This document shows, piece by piece, positions 39,801-49,060 of a stretch of DNA of 64,000 nucleotides. Numbering within the stretch: the stretch's first letter is position 1; each line of letters begins with the position of its first letter. The stretch spans positions 96,001 to 160,000 of the forward strand of contig JBMNFY010000010.1 of the NCBI GenBank assembly GCA_050949565.1. The letters run 5' to 3'. A model generated the notes under the pieces. That model had not been told where the DNA came from. It saw nothing but the letters and a program-made list of their open reading frames with translations, and searched no databases. Source of the stretch: Kiritimatiellia bacterium (GTDB lineage Bacteria; Verrucomicrobiota; Kiritimatiellia; RFP12; UBA1067). A program made the position numbers and the translations under genes.

Positions 39801-41132
39801 GCAGCCCCCGTTCATGTCGGGCGCGAACCGCGCGGTCAGGTCCGTCCCGCCCGACGCGTCGAACCACCGGAAGGCCGTCGCCGCGACCGACGGCGGGCCG
39901 TATTCCTCCCCGTCCGTGAGGCCGTCGTCGTCGCTGTCGCTGTCGCGCGGATTCGTCCCCAGCGCGGCCTCCAGGGCGTTCGAAAGCCCGTCGCCGTCGG
40001 GGTCGGCGTCGGGGCCGTCGCTCCCGTCGAGCGGATTCAGTCCCAGCGCGATCTCCGCGCCGTCGGGACACCCGTCGTTGTCCGTGTCGGCGTCGTCCGG
40101 GTCGGTGAGATAGACCCATGTCTCCATCGCGTCGGAAAGGCCGTCGCCGTCCGCGTCGATGAGCGGGGCGGCGCGGAAAAACGCGGAGGCTGACACCTCC
40201 GCATTGAACCGTGTGGCGACGTTTGTGTAGGCCACGCCGGAGACATAAAGGGAGTCGGCCGTGTTCGTGACGGCCGGCCCCTCGGGGCCCTCCGCCCGCA
40301 CGGGAGGGGGGAGCAGGTTCAAGGGAATCGAGTTGGATGCGGAGCCCCCGGACGGCTCGACCGGGATCTGCGCCAGCGGATGCCACGCGGTGCCGCCCGC
40401 CGCGTTCGTCGCGTCGAGGCGCGGCGCGCAGAGGATGTCCAGCCGGTTCCCCGGCAGCGGATGGCCGTCCGGCCACGCCAGGGCGATCTGCACGGCATTG
40501 GAGTCCACCCGGATGCCCGTGAACCGCAGCCCGTTCGTCCCGCCCGTCCCGCCTCCGCCCGGCGGGTTCCAGAAGCTCTGCCGCGCCTCCGCATAGGCGC
40601 CGAGGTTGGCCGCGTCGACAAAATGCCATTCCATGTCGACATGCGACGGCAGCAGCAGCAGGCGCGTGAAGTCCAGCGCGGACTGGGAGACGCCGTTCGT
40701 CGGCGCGTCCGGCACGCCGTGCAGCTCCGCGATCCAGTCCGGGGTGTAGCCCGCGCCGAGCAGCGGCGGCAGCGTGTCGAACAGGGAGCCGCCCGCGTTG
40801 TAGAAGCCGATGACGCCGCTCGCGTCGTCCGTGCGCAGCGTGACGGGGAAAATCTCGACCCCGCCGAAATTCGTCGCCGTGAGCCCCCCCAGGAACCCCG
40901 CGCCGAATCCGTTCGTGGCGGCCGCCGTCCGGTCGACCGCCCCGCCCCACACCGTGAGGACGCGGTTCGTCACGGGGAAGAACACCCCGATGCCCGACGC
41001 CTGCTCCCGTTCGTACGCCAGCGCCAGGTCCGTCACGTTTTGCGGCTCGCCCGCAAATCCCGGAGGGGGGAAGCCCGCCGCCGCCCGCGCGAGCGTCACC
41101 AGCACGAAACAGAGACGCAGGACGGCAGGCAT
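36861..41132 (-). CDS. large secreted protein with TSP3-like Ca-binding repeats and C-terminal alpha/beta-hydrolase (putative polymorphic lipase toxin)
   Basis: Signal peptide from Met 41132 (ORF open to 41246); two clusters of DxDGDGLxD repeats; VFLHGYNV, AHSLG, SSGDE, WLHGD. Confidence 0.75.
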   Translation of the reverse strand: MPAVLRLCFVLVTLARAAAGFPPPGFAGEPQNVTDLALAYEREQASGIGVFFPVTNRVLTVWGGAVDRTAAATNGFGAGFLGGLTATNFGGVEIFPVTLRTDDASGVIGFYNAGGSLFDTLPPLLGAGYTPDWIAELHGVPDAPTNGVSQSALDFTRLLLLPSHVDMEWHFVDAANLGAYAEARQSFWNPPGGGGTGGTNGLRFTGIRVDSNAVQIALAWPDGHPLPGNRLDILCAPRLDATNAAGGTAWHPLAQIPVEPSGGSASNSIPLNLLPPPVRAEGPEGPAVTNTADSLYVSGVAYTNVATRFNAEVSASAFFRAAPLIDADGDGLSDAMETWVYLTDPDDADTDNDGCPDGAEIALGLNPLDGSDGPDADPDGDGLSNALEAALGTNPRDSDSDDDGLTDGEEYGPPSVAATAFRWFDASGGTDLTARFAPDMNGGCVEEPLPFPLFFGGRVLTNLSANANGIAGFFPGAGTIGTGRHANDEMGDTYMPSGCGLLAAGFWDDLCLYPADLGSAVTLADVTTNGHRHCVIEYKDAGFRSGGATTNNLVSFQLVFEEGVSNRFRVFYRNVGGYGDGRSATLGARTVPQALQFSCETASVADGLALEYRFGIGTDPLDPDTDDDRLNDGAELALGTDPFGYDTDGDGLADGNEVDAGTDPLNPDTDGDGLNDYWEFRNMPEFDPLDPADSQPREAVPFTVLFGDTSGSHSEKYRLTVTPVSGDARPGWTLVNRAFGQPDPLTVRLAAGATYEVALEHVATDPDYDDTPRPDYDDTLEFSPDASAPGMAVLADDPDGILGVHNEGDTFYAAGKSARITVIRAGLVPDYNRDREISPAEVSGDTFRLWINDDADTGDVAEGESDRPGRSSGWLSRANFRDKRVNGRADLPDFFPVWLDLSEALALLDAVPGGGRIEIKLRHARNALAYVPTALSTNDAGAFLVSDVAGLASAATRKITDDGVALPGVFVDAVRADPSKGVILIEGRAETTEPLVLEIWRKGKKVLEKSLPLCVAPVEQMYTRVNLRDGAAAVTPGSCLPPANGTNVVFLHGYNVNAEEARARHAEMFKRLWQSGSKARFHGVTWEGDIGWPNALRYHEDVVSAFATAPHLKNYVNGLSGEKIMMAHSLGNMVVSSAIADHGMSVHKYFMFNAAVPAEAYDPTLWNATVAANNMVHEDWADYLPRTWSALYHQLFDPDLVFGNDDRHSLTWKGRFTACLPGLYNYYSSGDEIFEQYDGTPIPTEGVELHLGIPVVTGRERYSWQKQELYKGRTGIDEFAGLFGTSWAGWGFELVSMMNEEPHPLHTAAEANAFSETELTGLVCISFRHAPDSMFANPITEADRFALLAKAVPALSGAAGNRNVPEILSDNNVDMNDISYRPNGWGRMHGTYQDRWLHGDIKNMSYFYNHKIFDSIVEQGNLQ

Positions 41133-41496
41133 TTTCGCTTTTGTGCTTTTCTTGCTCGTGTCTAGATCACCCGTTGCCTCAATTGCCTTGTCACGACAAC
41201 ATATTATCACACCGCGAAAACGCTTCGCAATCCCTGATTGTCTCATGTCAAACTACTACGTCCCAACAACCATCACTAAACCGGCCACAAATAGCAGTGC
41301 ACTTCTTGATAACGCATCTGTTTTTCATGAAGTTTCATGTGTTTCATGGTTCCACTTGAATGTTGAACGCTATGGTCGTTGCCCAGCGGTGTTGCAAGCA
41401 AGCAGCAACATAAATTGTGGCCGGGTCAGTAACTTTCGCCTGTCGTTTCAGCGTCGGGTATTATATGCTGAGGTAATCGGACAGAGGAGAACGTAG

Positions 41497-42900
41497 ATGA
41501 TCAAACTCACCTTTTTCGGCGCCGCGCAAACCACGACCGGATCCATGCATGTGGTCGAAGCGAACGGAATGAAGATCCTGCTCGACTGCGGGTTGTTTCA
41601 AGGCAGGCGCAAAGAGGCCTTCGAACGCAACCGCAACATGCAGATCACCCCCGCCACCATTGACGCCGTGGTGCTCTCGCACGCGCATATCGACCACAGC
41701 GGCAACCTGCCGACCCTCGCCCGCAACGGCTTTCGCGGCAAGGTCTACTGTACCCCGGCCACGCGCGACCTGTGTGAGATCATGCTGCGTGACTCGGCCT
41801 ATCTGCAGGCGCGCGACCTCGAATACATCAACAAGAAGCGCGCACAGCAGGGCAAGAACCTCTTTGAACCGCTCTATGAGCAGCAGGATGTCGACACGAT
41901 CATGCGTCGCTTCAAGCCCGAACCGCTCAAGCGCCTAGTCGATCTCGGCAATGGCGTCTCGCTGGTCTTTCACAATGCGGGGCACATTTTGGGGTCGGTC
42001 CTGACTCAGCTTGATGTGAAGGACTCCTCGGGCCACTCTCGCCGCCTGCTTTTTACCGGCGACCTGGGACAACCCAACCAGCCGATTCTGCGTGATTACG
42101 ATATGCCGCAGGGTGCCGACATCCTGCTGATCGAAAGCACCTACGCCGACCGCGACCACCCCCCCTCCGATGATGTCAAGGGACGTCTCAAGGGGTTTAT
42201 CGAGGATATCCACCAGTTGAAATCGCGGCTCATCATTCCGGCCTTCAGTGTCGGTCGCACCCAGAACATCCTCTACACCCTGAACCGTCTGACCGAAGAG
42301 GGCCGCATGCCCTCCACGCCGGTGTATGTCGACAGTCCGCTCTCGCTCAAGGCAACCCAAGTCTACGCCAAGCACCGGGAGTGCTATGACGAAGAGGCCT
42401 CGGACATTCTGCGCCAAGGGATCGACCCCATGAAGTTCCCCGGCCTGCGCTTCATCGAGACGCCTGACCAGTCGAAAGCACTGAACGACCTGCCCGGGCC
42501 GCTGATCATCATTGCCGCTTCAGGGATGTGCGAGGGCGGGCGCGTGCTCCACCATCTGCAACGCGCGGTGGGTGATCCGCGCAACATCATTTTGATCGTC
42601 GGCTTTCAGGCCGAGCATACATTGGGACGCCGCATTGTGGAACGCCAGTCGCCCCTCAAGATTCTGGGCGACGAGTTTGAACTGAACGCGCGCGTCCACA
42701 CGATCAACGCCCTTTCGGCGCATGCCGACCGCACGGCGTTGATGCGCTGGTTCGACGGCATCAAGGGAACGCGCCTGAGCCGTGTCTTCGCGGTTCACGG
42801 CGAACCCGAAAAGGTGGCCGCTATGACTGAACTGGTCAAGCAGCACGGCGTGGAGAACGTTGTCGCGCCGGTGCCGGGGCAGACCTTCAAAAATGTCTGA
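41497..42900 (+). CDS. MBL-fold beta-CASP ribonuclease family protein
   Basis: DCGLFQG, SHAHIDHSG, AGHILGS, ESTY, AASGM, SAHAD, VHGE. Confidence 0.92.
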   Translation: MIKLTFFGAAQTTTGSMHVVEANGMKILLDCGLFQGRRKEAFERNRNMQITPATIDAVVLSHAHIDHSGNLPTLARNGFRGKVYCTPATRDLCEIMLRDSAYLQARDLEYINKKRAQQGKNLFEPLYEQQDVDTIMRRFKPEPLKRLVDLGNGVSLVFHNAGHILGSVLTQLDVKDSSGHSRRLLFTGDLGQPNQPILRDYDMPQGADILLIESTYADRDHPPSDDVKGRLKGFIEDIHQLKSRLIIPAFSVGRTQNILYTLNRLTEEGRMPSTPVYVDSPLSLKATQVYAKHRECYDEEASDILRQGIDPMKFPGLRFIETPDQSKALNDLPGPLIIIAASGMCEGGRVLHHLQRAVGDPRNIILIVGFQAEHTLGRRIVERQSPLKILGDEFELNARVHTINALSAHADRTALMRWFDGIKGTRLSRVFAVHGEPEKVAAMTELVKQHGVENVVAPVPGQTFKNV

Positions 42901-45303
42901 CGGCAACGGACAGGGGATGAAACGTCTTCGCGGACTTGGCGTTTGTCTGGCGGCCGCCGCCTTCGGTGCCGTCACGCTGGCGTCGCAGACGTTGTTGCTG
43001 CGGCGCTTTCTGTGGCGTTTCGAATCCACCGAGTTGGGTGTCGCGATCTTCTTCTCCTCATGGCTACTCGGTGGTGGCCTGGGCGCGGCGGTCGCCGCCA
43101 CGCCGCCGGGCCGCCGACTCGTTCCGCCTGCTGGCCCGTTACGTATGGTTGCCGCCTCTGGTCTGTGCGCTTCTCTACTTCGCGCACTATGCCGTCATCG
43201 GCAACCTGCGCGCCTGGATGGGGTTGCCCGCCTACCACGCCTTCCCGCTGCTCCATCTGGCGCTCGGTTGCCTGCTGGCCAATCTCCCGTTCTGCTTCGC
43301 GATCGGCTGGGGCGTGCCCGCGTTCTGCCTGGCCCTCGAAAACCAAGGGCTTCCGGCGGGACGCGCCTTCGCCGCCGAAGCTTTGGGCTCGGCGCTCTGC
43401 GGAGCACTCGTGACGGCACTGTTGGCCGTCGGCATTGCGCCGGATCCGCGCGACGTAGCGGAATGGTATCGCTTCTTTCCGCAAACCGATACCGCGCCGG
43501 GCCGCTTTGAAACCGGCGGCGGCACCACGCTCTACGGCACGCACGGCGACTCTTTCTACGCTCTCACTGCGGGTGGCGTCAGCGAACTACTGCCGGAAGG
43601 CGACCGCGCCGTTGAACAGGCCGTGCTTGCGCTCTCGCAGCGTCCTTATGCGACCAACGCCCTGCTGATCGGACAGGTGCAACTCGCCACGGCCCGCGCC
43701 TTGGAATCGCTGCGGCCTGACCTTGCCATCACATGGTGCCCCCCGGACGCACGCTACGGAACGCTGCTGCTCAACGCCGTCACCGCCGCCGGCGCCCGCA
43801 CCAACATCCGGGCACCGGGCGTCCAGCCCCGCCGATTCTTGGCCGAGCAACCGGAGAGCAGCTTCGATCTCGTCTTGGTGCAACCGCCCCCTTCGACATC
43901 GCTTGGCGGTGCGGCCTGGCACGATCCGGCGTTCATCCGTGCCGTGAGGCGCGTCACGCAGCGTACCGGCGTCGCGCTGTTCGCGCTGCCGTGTGACGTC
44001 GCGCATGTGACACCGGAACGCGCCGCCCTGCTGGATGCGTTCGTCCGTCCGCTCCGTCAGGTCTGGCCCGAGAGCGGCGTGCTGGTGCCCGGCGCTGGCG
44101 GCTGGTGGATCGCCGCGCAGATTCCGGGACTGGCCTACGGAGCGGATACCGCGCCCGCCCGCTTTGCCCTGTTGAAAAAGAGTGCGCGATTCCCGACTGA
44201 AGCGGTCGCCCTGCTCTACGACGCACCGCGCGCGGCGCGGTTGGCCGAGGCCTGCCCGGCACTGGATCCAGCGCAGCGCGTCTTTCATCTGGAAGGGTTT
44301 CGCGTCGAGCGTGTGCTGGCACTGGGACTGGCCGACGCCATGCGCACCGAGTATCCGGCCTCGACACCTGCCGCTACGCTCGCCTGGTTGACTGGCCATG
44401 GAGGGAATAGGGGAGGCCGACTGCTCGGCCTGTTGCTCGTGATGCTGTGGGCCGCTCCGGTTGCACTGGGCAATGACCGTCATGCGTCGCGCCGCTTGTG
44501 GACAGCGTGGCTGGCCAGTTGCGGTGCATTTGGACTCGTCATGTCATTAGCGATAAACTATCAACTCCACGCACGTTTCGGTGCGCTCTATGCGCTGGTT
44601 GGTGCGGGTAGCGCGCTCTATCTGGGCGGCCTGTTCTGCGGCAACCGAATGAGCGAACGGCTGACCGCACGCTGGCCGGTCGAGAGCATCGCATGGCGCG
44701 TGGCGGCACTTCTGCTGCCGCTGGCACAGGCAGGTGTGGCGTGGGCGATCCTGTCGGGGTGCACTCATCTGAGTGCGGCATGGAGCGTTGTCGCGCTCTG
44801 CCTGCCTGCTGGCGTGGCGGCCGGTGCCGCCGTGCCGGTGGCATTGGGTGCGCGGCGCGATCGGCGCACCGAGGATACGGCCCTTTTCGTGCTGGCCGAT
44901 GCCGCAGGCGCGGCATTGGCCGGACTCGCCTTCACCGTGCTTGGTGCCGCTCGCGGGTCTTAATGGTGCGGTGCTTTACTTCGCGGCCTTGGCTGTCGGG
45001 ATCGGCCTCTGCGTAGCGGCGGGCGGTGAAACGCCGCGATTGGCAACCGGCCTGGCTCTGGTTATCGCGACGGTTTTGTTTATCGTCGGCTTGCGCCCCG
45101 CGCAATTTGACGAGCGGCCAACTCGGCGTGAGTCACACGCCGCCGCTCAAGAGACGCGCACACGCACATCGCGTCCGTCCGTTGCGCTCGATCCCGATAC
45201 GATAGGTCCGCGCGGCATTCCGCGCAAACTGGACGAACCGCGCATCCGCGAGCAGTTGCGCACGGGCAGGCTATCGACAAACGAAGCCGCGTTCTGGGAG
45301 TGA
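42893..45303 (+). pseudogene. membrane-fused spermidine synthase-like protein with two +1 frameshifts
   Basis: SQTLLLRRFL...ELGVAIFFSSWL.G.GLG, AEALGS, SFDLVLV, GALY, ADAAGAALAG; frames join near 43124 and 44943. Confidence 0.6.
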
Positions 45304-45484
45304 GCGATTTTTGTGACCACCGAGTGGTCACAAAGACGAGTGTAAAAAAGGACGGCGTGATCGCCGCCGGGCTCGCGAGGCGCCGGGAGGGGCAAGCGTC
45401 TGCTTGCCCGCGGACGAGCAGACGCTCGTCCCGACGATCAAAAACAAAAAAGAAACGAGGGCCTTGCAAAACCCCTTGCCTGCA

Positions 45485-45537
45485 GGTGTGGCACGGGCAT
45501 CTTGCCCGTGTTTCATGGGCGGGACGCCCATGCCACG
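45485..45537 (+). repeat. REP-like double palindrome within a mosaic repeat block (45311-45696)
   Basis: Identical to 242-294. Confidence 0.85.
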
Positions 45538-45703
45538 AGAGGTTTTACAAGATCCTCGAAACATCTGCGCAATCCGCGGATGAAACCGGAAACCGCAAGA
45601 CACGTTGTGGCGGACAAGGACGTCCGCGCCCGGCTCTCTGCTCCCCTTTTCACCAGAAACGCATGATCTTCGCACCCCCCTGTCACTAACCGATTACCGG
45701 CCA

Positions 45704-45737
45704 TTGACACCGACGACGAGTATCACTATAGTATCAC
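45704..45737 (+). promoter_or_regulatory. sigma70-type promoter of the TA module with an overlapping direct repeat
   Basis: TTGACA-17 bp-TATAGT; AGTATCAC repeated twice across the -10; ATG follows 6 nt later. Confidence 0.6.
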
Positions 45738-45747
45738 CATGAAAACG

Positions 45748-46005
45748 ATGAAAACGGAACTCGTGACTACTCTCAAGCGTCAAGCCACGTGACTCATCGC
45801 GCAAATTCAGAAAGATCGCGAACCGGTCTTGATCACTGAGCATGGCCGACCAGCCGTCTACCTCATCGATGTGCAGACTTTCAATGAGCAACAGGACAGG
45901 ATTCGGATTCTTGAGGGTATTGCGCGTGGAGAACGCGCAGTACAAGAGAAGCGCACTGTCGCGCACGATCAGGCCAAGAAAAGGATGAGGCGATGGGGCG
46001 TCTGA
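45748..46005 (+). pseudogene. Phd/YefM family antitoxin with an in-frame stop
   Basis: MKTELVTTLKRQAT*LIAQIQKDREPVLITEHGRPAVYLIDV...LEGIARGERA; TGA at 45790-45792. Confidence 0.8.
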
Positions 46006-46040
46006 TCTGGGCTGAGTCTGCGCTGAATGATCTGACTTAG
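45993..46040 (+). pseudogene. 15-aa stub of a RelE/ParE toxin
   Basis: MGRLIWAESALNDL resembles a ParE N-terminus and overlaps the antitoxin end. Confidence 0.65.
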
Positions 46041-46582
46041 CCTCGCAACGCGGTCGCGCCGACTACGATCAGCAACAGCCCTAGCAACGCGGTGAGCACG
46101 CCGCTTATCCTGAACAGCGTGGGACGCGCGATACACCAGTCGATCGCCTGGCGCAACTTCCACGGGTAGAGCAGCAGGATCATGCCTTCGACGATGCAAA
46201 TGTAGGCGAACGTCACCACCAGCAGCCGCCAAGGCGAGGCGTGAGCACGCGCCACACGCAGCAGCTCATACGGGAAAAGCACCAGGATGCCGCCCAGCGC
46301 ACGGCACGGCAACAGGTTGTCGAGCCAGAACCACGTAAGCGGAATGCAGACCAGCACGACCACCGGAAGGTACTTTAGAAACGGCCGCAGGAAATCGAGG
46401 CCCATCGCCCAGACGGCGTATCCCGCCCAGATCCATGCCACGGTGCTGATCACCATGCCCGCCACCTTGCTGCGGGGGAACGCCTTGTACACATGCGCCA
46501 TGCGCTCCGGTGCAAGCGCGACAGCCACGCCCGGCAGTAAACAGATCAACCCTAACAAATAACACCAACACGACAACGGCAT
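46037..46582 (-). CDS. hypothetical integral membrane protein
   Basis: About six hydrophobic segments; AGGAG RBS before ATG 46582. Confidence 0.7.
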   Translation of the reverse strand: MPLSCWCYLLGLICLLPGVAVALAPERMAHVYKAFPRSKVAGMVISTVAWIWAGYAVWAMGLDFLRPFLKYLPVVVLVCIPLTWFWLDNLLPCRALGGILVLFPYELLRVARAHASPWRLLVVTFAYICIVEGMILLLYPWKLRQAIDWCIARPTLFRISGVLTALLGLLLIVVGATALRG

Positions 46583-46621
46583 AACAGACACTCCTGTTCT
46601 CAGAAAGCAGGATAGTAGGAC

Positions 46622-46873
46622 TTATTCGGCATCAAGGTCAAGCGGTTCGACACTTACGCCGCCCTTGCCGTCATCCATGATCTTTTCAATTCGCTTCTCT
46701 ACATCGTTCAGAGTCGAGTTGCACTGCTTGACCAGACGTTGCCCCTCTTCGAACAGGGCGATCATCGTATCGAGATCGACCTCACCCGCCTCCATGCGCT
46801 CCACGATCTCTTCCAGACGCTTCAGCGCCGCCTCAAAACTCAACGTTTGCTGCTCTTCAGTATTTTTAGCCAT
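46622..46873 (-). CDS. xseB: exodeoxyribonuclease VII small subunit
   Basis: SFEAALKRLEEIVERME.G...LFEEG. Confidence 0.93.
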   Translation of the reverse strand: MAKNTEEQQTLSFEAALKRLEEIVERMEAGEVDLDTMIALFEEGQRLVKQCNSTLNDVEKRIEKIMDDGKGGVSVEPLDLDAE

Positions 46874-46887
46874 TCCGTCCTCCTTTG

Positions 46888-48237
46888 TCAGCGCACAATC
46901 GATGCAACGCTGCCGTCCTTGAGTTGTGTTGAAATCTCCGTGCCCGATGCAAGGTCACGCACCGAGCGCACCAGCCGACCGTCCGGGCCGCGCGTCAGCG
47001 AATACCCGCGATCCAGCACGGCCAATGGACTCAGCAAGTCGATCTGTCGCGCGTTCCCCGCCACATCTGCCTGCAAGCGTTCCAGCCGCAACCGGCATGC
47101 CCGCTCCAGCCGCCGCGCGTTGTCATCGATACGCGCGCGAGTCAGATGCATGAGTCCCTCACGCACCACGCGCAAACGCCCATGTGCGTGCTCGGTTCGC
47201 TGCCGCCCCTCCCGAACGCGCAGAGCGGCCGCATGGCCCATGCGCATCGCCAGCGTGTCAACCTGCTGGGCGCGGCGTTCGACAAGTAGCAACGGCTGCT
47301 GGAAAAAACGCGAAGAGCGCGCGGTCACCACGCGCATACGCAGCGCCGTGACCTGCCGGAGCAACGCCTGCCGCAAGGCGCGCATATGCTGCGCGAGAAG
47401 CTGCTCCCACTCCTGCTTTGTAGTCACCGCCATTTCGGCTGCGGCCGACGGGGTCGGCGCACGCAGATCCGCCGCAAAATCACACAGCGAAACGTCGGTG
47501 TCGTGTCCCACGGCGGAGATCACGGGAATCGCCGATTCGGCAACCGCGCGCGCCACGCACTCTTCGTTAAACGCCCACAAATCCTCCAGGCTGCCGCCGC
47601 CGCGACCGACGATCAAAAGATCCGCCGGCCATACGCTGTCGGGGCCACAGGTGCGGTTGAAGAGACGCACAGCCGCCGCGATCTCCTGCGCCGCGCCAGC
47701 CCCCTGCACCCTGACCGGCGCCAGACGGATGTGCAGGTTCGGGAAGCGCCGTCCCAGAACGGTCACCATGTCGTGAATCACGGCACCGGTGGGCGACGTC
47801 ACGATACCGATGCGCTGCGACAATACGGGCAGGGGCTGTTTGCGCGCTGCATCAAAAAGTCCTTCCGCTTCCAGCTTCCGCTTCAGCTCCAGAAAGCGCT
47901 GCATCAGGTCGCCAGTTCCCAACGGCTCGATCTTGCGCACGATCAACTGATACTGACCGCGACCTTCAAAAACCGTGATCTCGCCATAGGCGCGGACGCG
48001 CTGCCCATCCTCAAGGCGGGTGCCTGCCGCCACCCCCGACCGCGAACCCGCGAAAAGAACCGCGTTCAACTGGGCACCGGCGTCCTTCAGGCTGAAATAG
48101 GCATGACCCGAAGAGTAGACCTTAAAGTTCGAGATCTCGCCCTCGACCCAGACGCGGCCGACCTCGTCTTCCAGCGTCTGTTTGATGAGACGTGTCAGCT
48201 CGGAGATCGAATAGACTCTGCGCCCCGCTATCTCCAC
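46888..48237 (-). CDS. xseA: exodeoxyribonuclease VII large subunit
   Basis: VWVEGEISN, SGHAYFSLKD, GRGGGSLEDLWAFNEE, SAVGHDTD, APTPSAAAE; GTG start. Confidence 0.95.
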   Translation of the reverse strand: MEIAGRRVYSISELTRLIKQTLEDEVGRVWVEGEISNFKVYSSGHAYFSLKDAGAQLNAVLFAGSRSGVAAGTRLEDGQRVRAYGEITVFEGRGQYQLIVRKIEPLGTGDLMQRFLELKRKLEAEGLFDAARKQPLPVLSQRIGIVTSPTGAVIHDMVTVLGRRFPNLHIRLAPVRVQGAGAAQEIAAAVRLFNRTCGPDSVWPADLLIVGRGGGSLEDLWAFNEECVARAVAESAIPVISAVGHDTDVSLCDFAADLRAPTPSAAAEMAVTTKQEWEQLLAQHMRALRQALLRQVTALRMRVVTARSSRFFQQPLLLVERRAQQVDTLAMRMGHAAALRVREGRQRTEHAHGRLRVVREGLMHLTRARIDDNARRLERACRLRLERLQADVAGNARQIDLLSPLAVLDRGYSLTRGPDGRLVRSVRDLASGTEISTQLKDGSVASIVR

Positions 48238-48238
48238 A

Positions 48239-49051
48239 TCAGGCCCCCTTGCCCGGCGGCGTCTGATCCGCCTCACTCGTTTCCCGATAGCGGTAGGCCG
48301 TGATGCTGAGCGCACGGCCAGTGGCACGGTCAAGCTCCAGCACGGCACCTTCAAGCACGCAGGGACCGCTCGCGACCTCAAAGCGGGACGGCATGCCGGT
48401 CGTGAATTTTCTGAGAACCGGCGCAATTTCGCGGCCGATCACCGAGTAGGCCGGTCCCGTCATGCCGAGATCCGTCATGTAGGCCGTGCCCTTGGGCAGC
48501 AACACCGCGTCGCTGGTCTGGACATGCGTGTGCGTGCCGACCACGGCGGCCACCCGGCCGTCCAGATGGTGGCCCATCGCAACTTTTTCCGAGGTCGCCT
48601 CGGCATGAAAATCCACGATGACCGGCACGTTGCGTGGCAATGTGTTGAGCAACGCATCCATCGCGCGGAACGGGCAGTCCGTCGGATTCATGAAGACGCG
48701 CCCGAGCAGGCTGACAACCGTTAGCGGCCCCAGCGCGGTCTGCACGGTCACGGAGCCTTGCCCCGGCGTGCCGGGCGGAGAATTCACGGGACGAATTAAC
48801 CTTTTCTCGCCGCCGATTGTGTTTTCCAGGTCGCGCTGACCCCATGCGTGGTCGCCCATCGTGATCACATCCGCGCCCGCCGCAAAGATCTCTTGGGCCA
48901 ACGCCATGGTGATGCCGCTGCCCGCCGCCGCGTTCTCGGCGTTGACCACCACGGCATGCACCGCGCTCTCCGCGCGTAACCGCTTCACGACCTCGCGGAA
49001 CACACGTCGCCCAGGGCTGCCCACAACATCTCCTGCCAACAACACCTTCAT
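48239..49051 (-). CDS. ymdB: TIGR00282/YmdB metallophosphoesterase
   Basis: GDVVG, NAENAA, DFHAEATSEK, GTHTHVQT, TDLGMTG; follows rny. Confidence 0.93.
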   Translation of the reverse strand: MKVLLAGDVVGSPGRRVFREVVKRLRAESAVHAVVVNAENAAAGSGITMALAQEIFAAGADVITMGDHAWGQRDLENTIGGEKRLIRPVNSPPGTPGQGSVTVQTALGPLTVVSLLGRVFMNPTDCPFRAMDALLNTLPRNVPVIVDFHAEATSEKVAMGHHLDGRVAAVVGTHTHVQTSDAVLLPKGTAYMTDLGMTGPAYSVIGREIAPVLRKFTTGMPSRFEVASGPCVLEGAVLELDRATGRALSITAYRYRETSEADQTPPGKGA

Positions 49052-49060
49052 GCTCTGTTC

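Noticed and set aside
32471-41246. Island as a T6SS Tle/Tli locus or an integron array
   Set aside because: No vgrG, PAAR or hcp; the effector has a Sec-type signal; no integrase or attC sites, and genes overlap as ATGA
37509-41496. Long antisense and alternate-frame ORFs (e.g. 37509-39341 +, 39670-40950 -), and similar ones over housekeeping genes
   Set aside because: Shadow ORFs expected in high-GC coding DNA; no recognisable motifs
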